The notes beneath the pieces are model-generated. The model was not told the DNA's origin and made no database searches. It saw only the letters and a program-made list of their open reading frames with translations. The translations under genes were made by a program, and so were the position numbers. 55,771 bases of DNA from Catajapyx aquilonaris (lineage: Eukaryota): the NCBI GenBank assembly GCA_000934665.2, contig KZ538134.1, positions 62,001 to 117,771 of the forward strand, written 5' to 3'. Shown here piece after piece: positions 50,302 through 55,771 of the stretch (its first letter is position 1; every line of letters begins with the position of its first letter).

Positions 50302-52178
50302 ATGGGATCCAACAGACCAAGAATAGTCGTTGCATTGGTGGCTGTTTTTGTCACCTTCACCTTCACCTTGGCACTACCAGGTATGATCGATTACTTTATC
50401 TGAAAAATTAATGCACATTTTATGTATTAGGTGTGAGCCTTCAGACACGTGTAGTATTTTGTGATAGCTACTTTTATAAAAATCAAACATAACATTTTTG
50501 CTCGAGTTTGTTGATTGGTGTTTTATTTTGCATTGTTAAAGGTAGTTATTGTCAGGCAGTCATACCCAGCTTAAAATGTAAATTCAGCATATGCTATATG
50601 CATCCAATTAATAGGCATATTAGATTTGATGCAATATCTATATGAAACCAGCATAAATCAGGAAAATATTTGCGCACTTTCGAAGTGAAAATAATGGTAT
50701 TTATTAAGGTGAGCCTATAAATCTATCGGTATACTGTACAATATAATGCATACAGACGGTTCCTCGAAACATTACTAGTACTAATTATTGCAGCAATCGC
50801 AGCAAATCTGTTCTTGGAATAATGGTGTCATGATATCTCGCCTGTTGTGCTCCATCTCCATTCATTTGAATTGTGCACATTACATGCCCACCACCAACTA
50901 TAAAGCCCTTCTGTGAAAAAAGTCAAATAAATTAAAGCTAATAAAACGTACAAGTACACTTCATTTGCAGCTGACTGGTAGATGGGGTGTAAAAATTATT
51001 TTCATAATGCAAGAATTTGTGGGCTTGTTTACGACTGTGGAAGACCTTAAATGCTGATTTTAAATTTTAAATTTAAGCTAAGGAAAATCCGGATGACATA
51101 CCACAGAACCTGGAGGCCCACGATGTAACGGACCGTGGGATGGTCCTGACCTGGAGGTCCCCTTCGGTACTGAAGCCCAAACACTACAAGATAACATTCT
51201 ATGGGTCCAAGGAGTATCTGGACTCTCAGGGTATGACTCAGTCTCAGAGGATCCTCCCAATGACCATCACCATCAGACAGGGTTACACCTCCTACGCTCT
51301 CTCGTCTCTCACTCCTTTTACCACTTACCACGTTAAGGTGACTGCGGTTCCAGAGGACTACTCATACACACCTCCTGCCAGGCTCTCGGTCACCACTCTT
51401 ATGGCCGGTACATTACAGCATGTTCCATACATTGTCCTGTCACTGTCATGTTGTTTTTCATTCATTGGACAGCTCCTCCGCCGATTATTAAGCCGGATTT
51501 TTACGACGTTGCGAATGCAGACAACGTGTTTGCCATCTTGCCCCAAGCATCGGAAGAGTACGGACCAGTGTCGTACTACTACATCATTGTTGTTCCGGAA
51601 GATAGGGCGACCTATAATAAAGATCCGGAGCAGTTTCTCACTACCGAGGTAATGCTGTTATACATACTCACATTTCATGTGTAATTCTTGGCTGGAACTG
51701 GCACAAAATGGCTGCTTTACAATTTCCAGTTGGTAAGACAAAAGGACGATAAAAACGGAGACAAGCCGTACATCGCAGCCAAGTTCAATCGTCGCATACC
51801 CTACACCTTCCCATTGGGCGACACCAAGCAGTACGGCGGATTCGAAAACAGGAGGTTGGAGGAAGGGAAGAGGTACCGCATCTTTGTCAGAGCCGTAGTT
51901 GAAACACCCAAAAAGGTAGGTACTATCGTGTCACGCAGTTTCCAGAAGAGTGTTATTTGTATACATATTTTTAAAAATATTTTCAGAACCTGCACACGTC
52001 CAGTCCGTTCTCGGACTTTCTGGAGATCCCTGAGAGCAGTCCAGTTCCGGCACCGGTACCCGTTGAGGAACCGGTGCCAGCCAAGAAGGACTCTCGATTG
52101 TTGTGGGTGGGAGGTGCCATAGTGGGTGCCAGTATCCTTGTCACAGGGGTCGGAATAGTGCTCTTGAAATCACGCTAA
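50302..52178 (+). CDS. Truncated Lar-derived type I membrane protein ('mini-Lar', 320 aa): signal peptide, last FN3, juxtamembrane domain, TM; no PTP domains
   Basis: Exons 50302-50380, 51078-51407, 51473-51648, 51730-51915, 51987-52178; motifs PDDIPQNLEAHDV, YLDSQG, LTPFTTYHVKVTAVPEDYSY, KPDFY, ILPQASEEYGPVSYYYIIVVPED, PYIAAKF, RYRIFVRAVVETP, TSSPFSDFL resemble the membrane-proximal ectodomain of Drosophila Lar as recalled; TM LLWVGGAIVGASILVTGVGIVLL then KSR*. Confidence 0.85.
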
Positions 52179-53529
52179 TGGCGAAAACATGATCGGGCCA
52201 GCCTTATAAAGTTCAATGCAAATTTTCAGATAAGCTAATAACCTTGTAGTTAGTTTCAATACTAACTGTAAGAAATAGGCTTGTAATACCTGAACTAGTA
52301 GATAGAAAGGCATCGAATTAATTCGAGTTGACGCAATCGCCTCTATGATATTATATGTTATTTATTAAAGTTACTTAGTGGATGCAGTCCATTGTCGTTA
52401 TTTAGTGCATTTTTACATGACATATGAAGGGACATGATTGTTTCGATATTAGCTATACCCTACCTTGGACTAATGACAACCTAATTACCACAGCAGTTAT
52501 TAATCACTTGGAATTAATGAATATAAAAGTGTGCCCTGATATCATCTTATAGTAATTAACACAATAATTACCACATAACTTATACATTTAATGAATTGAG
52601 ACGTTTGAAGAAGAGGAAAGAGAGCTTGTTCATCTTCCTCCTGTTGCAAATAAAATAATTATGACACAATATTTTATGTCATAAATATTTAACGTGGTTT
52701 ATATAATATCATTAGCCTACATAATTATATCCTTTATAAAAATTGCTAATATGCGGAAGTTTCTTGAATACATAAAAGAAATCCACCTACCTCATAATTA
52801 CTTACGTATAAGCTCAGTGCCTCATTTTCAGTTTACACTTGCTCCAAAATAAAGCTCCATATCGAAGCTAATGTTGTACAGTACAGTACCCTGCATGGCC
52901 TGTCATACTGGAGTTTAAAAATGTACTCGTATTTTGCAAAACTCATCGCTGTATTATTCCAGATGGTATGCAGAAAACCGATTCAATAAAGTGCATCATG
53001 ATGAGCTGCATGACTGGCTTATGTTCCCCGTCTCCCAAAATATATACAAAAATAAAACGTGAAATGTAATCGTTAATAAGTTATTCGTGCTATGACTGAT
53101 CATACTTAGCCATCAATAGGGAAGTTAGTTCACAACATGAAACTCAAAGTTAATATTTTAAAGTAGTTTTTATGGCTAACACAAGGAAGGGTTGTATCGT
53201 CGATTAATAGTATAATTACTTCATAATGGACCAAAAACAAACTCTTAAACAATTAAATGCTTATTTACGACAAAATATTACTTTTTCACTATCAATAAAA
53301 TGTGCTTTTCTCAAGCATATAAAATAGCCTTGGCATGCCAAATCAGCATTATTCGTTCTTAAACTGATGACCCATGATACATCTCTGCACGGTAAGTCTA
53401 ACATTATATTATTTCATTTCTTTTACACACTGTAAACTGCCTGCAAAAATTTGGCAGTCTTTCGGTAATCCTGACAAAGGCAAAATAGATGTGATTAATT
53501 AATTATTATCCTTATTCTTGTTCAAACAG

Positions 53530-54254
53530 ATGAAGTTCCTGCTTTTGACATGCCTTGTCTCGTACCTCATGTTTCAGCTAAGCCAGTGTTGCACCCATGC
53601 AGAAGCCATAACAGATCTGGACCTGTCTAAAGTAAGCCATAACTATTTCAGAATCTAGCTCAATGCAATTTTTGGTGCTAACAGCTTTCAGGAACTTACG
53701 TAGAAGCAGAATTAACCGAGGATCCTCCAACTACTGATTGCCAGCAGTACACTATTTTGTACAACCCAGCAGACAGCACCATACTCATTCATGGACACTA
53801 CTACGACCTTCAGTAAGGAGAAAAACTATTATGTTACAATTTTCTTGCAAAAATGATGATTTTTCAGGCTGTCAAAGTGGGAAATATTTACTGTAACATT
53901 TGATCAACATGCGACTGACAAGACAGCTTATGTTCCACATGTCATTACGGATCAAGCGAGCCACGTTAAATGGAAATCAATCGAAAGTGCTAAAGTAGTC
54001 AGGGCTGATGGAAAGCATCTTGTATGGTCTCTTTGTATCACAGATGGAACCGGTATGGCCAATTTTTGGGGTTAAATAGACCAAAATGATTGTCTAATAA
54101 TATTTCTCTGGCAGATATGGTAATGATATACAGAAATAAGAACTACACTGAAGATGGCAGCAGTCTCAACGAATTAATGGAGGAGTACAATAAAATACCT
54201 AAATTGTCCAAGTTTCATGCCACAACCGACTCAAGTATGTGTGAAAAATTCTAG
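53530..54254 (+). CDS. Divergent secreted lipocalin (ApoD-like), 184 aa; absent from the ORF track
   Basis: Exons 53530-53631, 53685-53812, 53868-54052, 54115-54254: signal peptide MKFLLLTCLVSYLMFQLSQC, C-x4-ITDLDLSKLSGTYVE (SCR1-like), TDCQQY, KVVRADGKHLVWSLC (SCR2-like), IYR (SCR3-like), C-terminal Cys in SSMCEKF*; TATA near 53318, 5'UTR donor near 53392, AATAAA near 54290. Confidence 0.75.
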
Positions 54255-55771
54255 GTATTGACGTCATAATGTACTTGAAATGACGCGGAAATAAAGTTGA
54301 CTTATACTCGCATGTACAAGTATAGAACATGCAACCTTTTTTCAGGTATGATGATTTTAATTCCAAAATATCCAAAAATATGTCCCCACCCACATGTTGC
54401 CTGCAGATGCAAATAATAAAAAGAGAATTTTCAGTTCAGAAATTGTCAGAACCAAACTGGTTCTATAGCACTAATTTCAGGGGTACTGCAGCGTAATACT
54501 GCGCTAATGACGATGATTGCGGAATAAAAACTGAAATCATGTACAAGAAAATTGCCATATGTAATAAATTGATTAATCCGATATCATCGAGGAGAGTGTC
54601 GTTGTAAAAACCGACATTAGGACATTACAACCAATTCTAACAAATGAATACAGAATAATATGCCATCTGATATCATGTCTCAATTCAAATGCTCAACATA
54701 TTCAGTGAACACATATGCCGCAGTTGGAAGATGAAATACTGTACCAGTTGTACACATTATTGAGGATTGTCGGTATTTGTTTACTCATGTCATCTTGTCT
54801 CAGAATAGAAGATGTCTATCAAGAGGGATAATTGGCACAGAAACCAAAACATTACTCACATTAATTGATTTTTTATCACTCCAGTATTTGAAGGTAGTCA
54901 ATTAATTTGATAGTGAACTATAACCCTGACCAAAAATTCATATTAACTCCAATACAATTGCCTGAGGCTCACAGTATTTTGTCAGGGCCATGGGTATTAA
55001 TCCAGGACATAAGCCCAAAAAAGCATGCCTAACTTTGCACTTTGTGATAAGAAGGTGCTACTTGGCACATAATTATGTTCTCTAGGCCTATAGGAGCCAT
55101 TTTAGAGATGGAGGCACTGGATCGACCCCTTAGGTCACGAGTTATGCGGTGTTGCCAAGAATGCCAACCCACGAGGATCAAAACATGGAAATGTCCTAAA
55201 AGTCGGATAAAACCGTATGAGAATGGCAGAAAATGATACAGATCCACTCTGCCCATGTATTACAAGGTACGGAGGTGACACCTGTCCATAACGGTAGCGA
55301 AAACCTGTCAATTGCGGAATTTTCTGGAAACTGGAGTATATGCAGAGGACATGTCATGTCCCCCCCCCACTTTTTAAAAAACCTAAGGGGCCGATGATAT
55401 GGTTCATCCATCTCTCAAATGGCTGCTATAGGCCTGTAGGGAACAGAAAAGGGCAGGTTAACTTCTTCTTTTTGAAATTCGCAAAGAGCCTGAGAGGAAG
55501 GTTTGCACATTTTGCAACACCTAGACAACGTGGATGACGAAACCAGTGTGGTAAAATGGAGATTGGAATTATTTTCTAAATTGAGGATATGCTGACACTC
55601 TAAAAATGATCAAGGAACAGGTGCTAATGATACACCTGCCCATAATGTGGTAATGAATCAATCAAAGCGTCATCTTCATAATCATAAACACCACGCGTGC
55701 ATAATTAACGATACTTTTAAGTATAAATGTGAGATTTGTTATTCCTCCTTAATAAGTAGCGTTTGGATCTT

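Noticed and set aside
55100..55540. Fragments reminiscent of a Crypton/tyrosine-recombinase ORF (RM.E..DPLCP, LFKKP...WF...PVG)
   Set aside because: Interrupted by stops and frame changes, with no catalytic H-x-x-R or Tyr seen; too weak without a tBLASTn or HMM search.
1..55771. CRISPR arrays, rRNA or prokaryotic operon-type systems
   Set aside because: No spaced direct-repeat array or rRNA seen; the window is spliceosomal-intron-containing animal DNA.

Overview
Eukaryotic, intron-rich genomic DNA, most likely from an arthropod (Squid/hrp40, a Diego-type ANKRD6, a Drosophila-Lar-like sequence and divergent ionotropic receptors); the species cannot be identified from the sequence. Most ORF-track entries are spurious, so real genes were assembled by hand from GT-AG exons. 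The left part (1-36.3 kb) is a compact block of mostly conserved genes: an unknown charged protein with a duplicated exon, ANKRD6/diego, an unannotated 168-aa gene, squid/hnRNP-D (hosting a SNORD38-like snoRNA), a multi-EF-hand ciliary-type gene with an RFX/forkhead promoter, and NUB1. Introns there contain many SINEs and MITEs, including a Transib-type element ending in CACAGTG. The right part (36.8-55.7 kb) is a fast-evolving block of surface and secreted genes: three paralogous Cys-rich chitin-binding-like peptides (one a pseudogene), two head-to-head divergent IRs, a damaged sulfotransferase, EGF-repeat remnants, a divergent lipocalin and, the top candidate for novelty, an intact 320-aa 'mini-Lar' that keeps only the membrane-proximal ectodomain and TM of the Lar receptor phosphatase and has no phosphatase domains. 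Family assignments come from motif recognition by eye; no searches were run.
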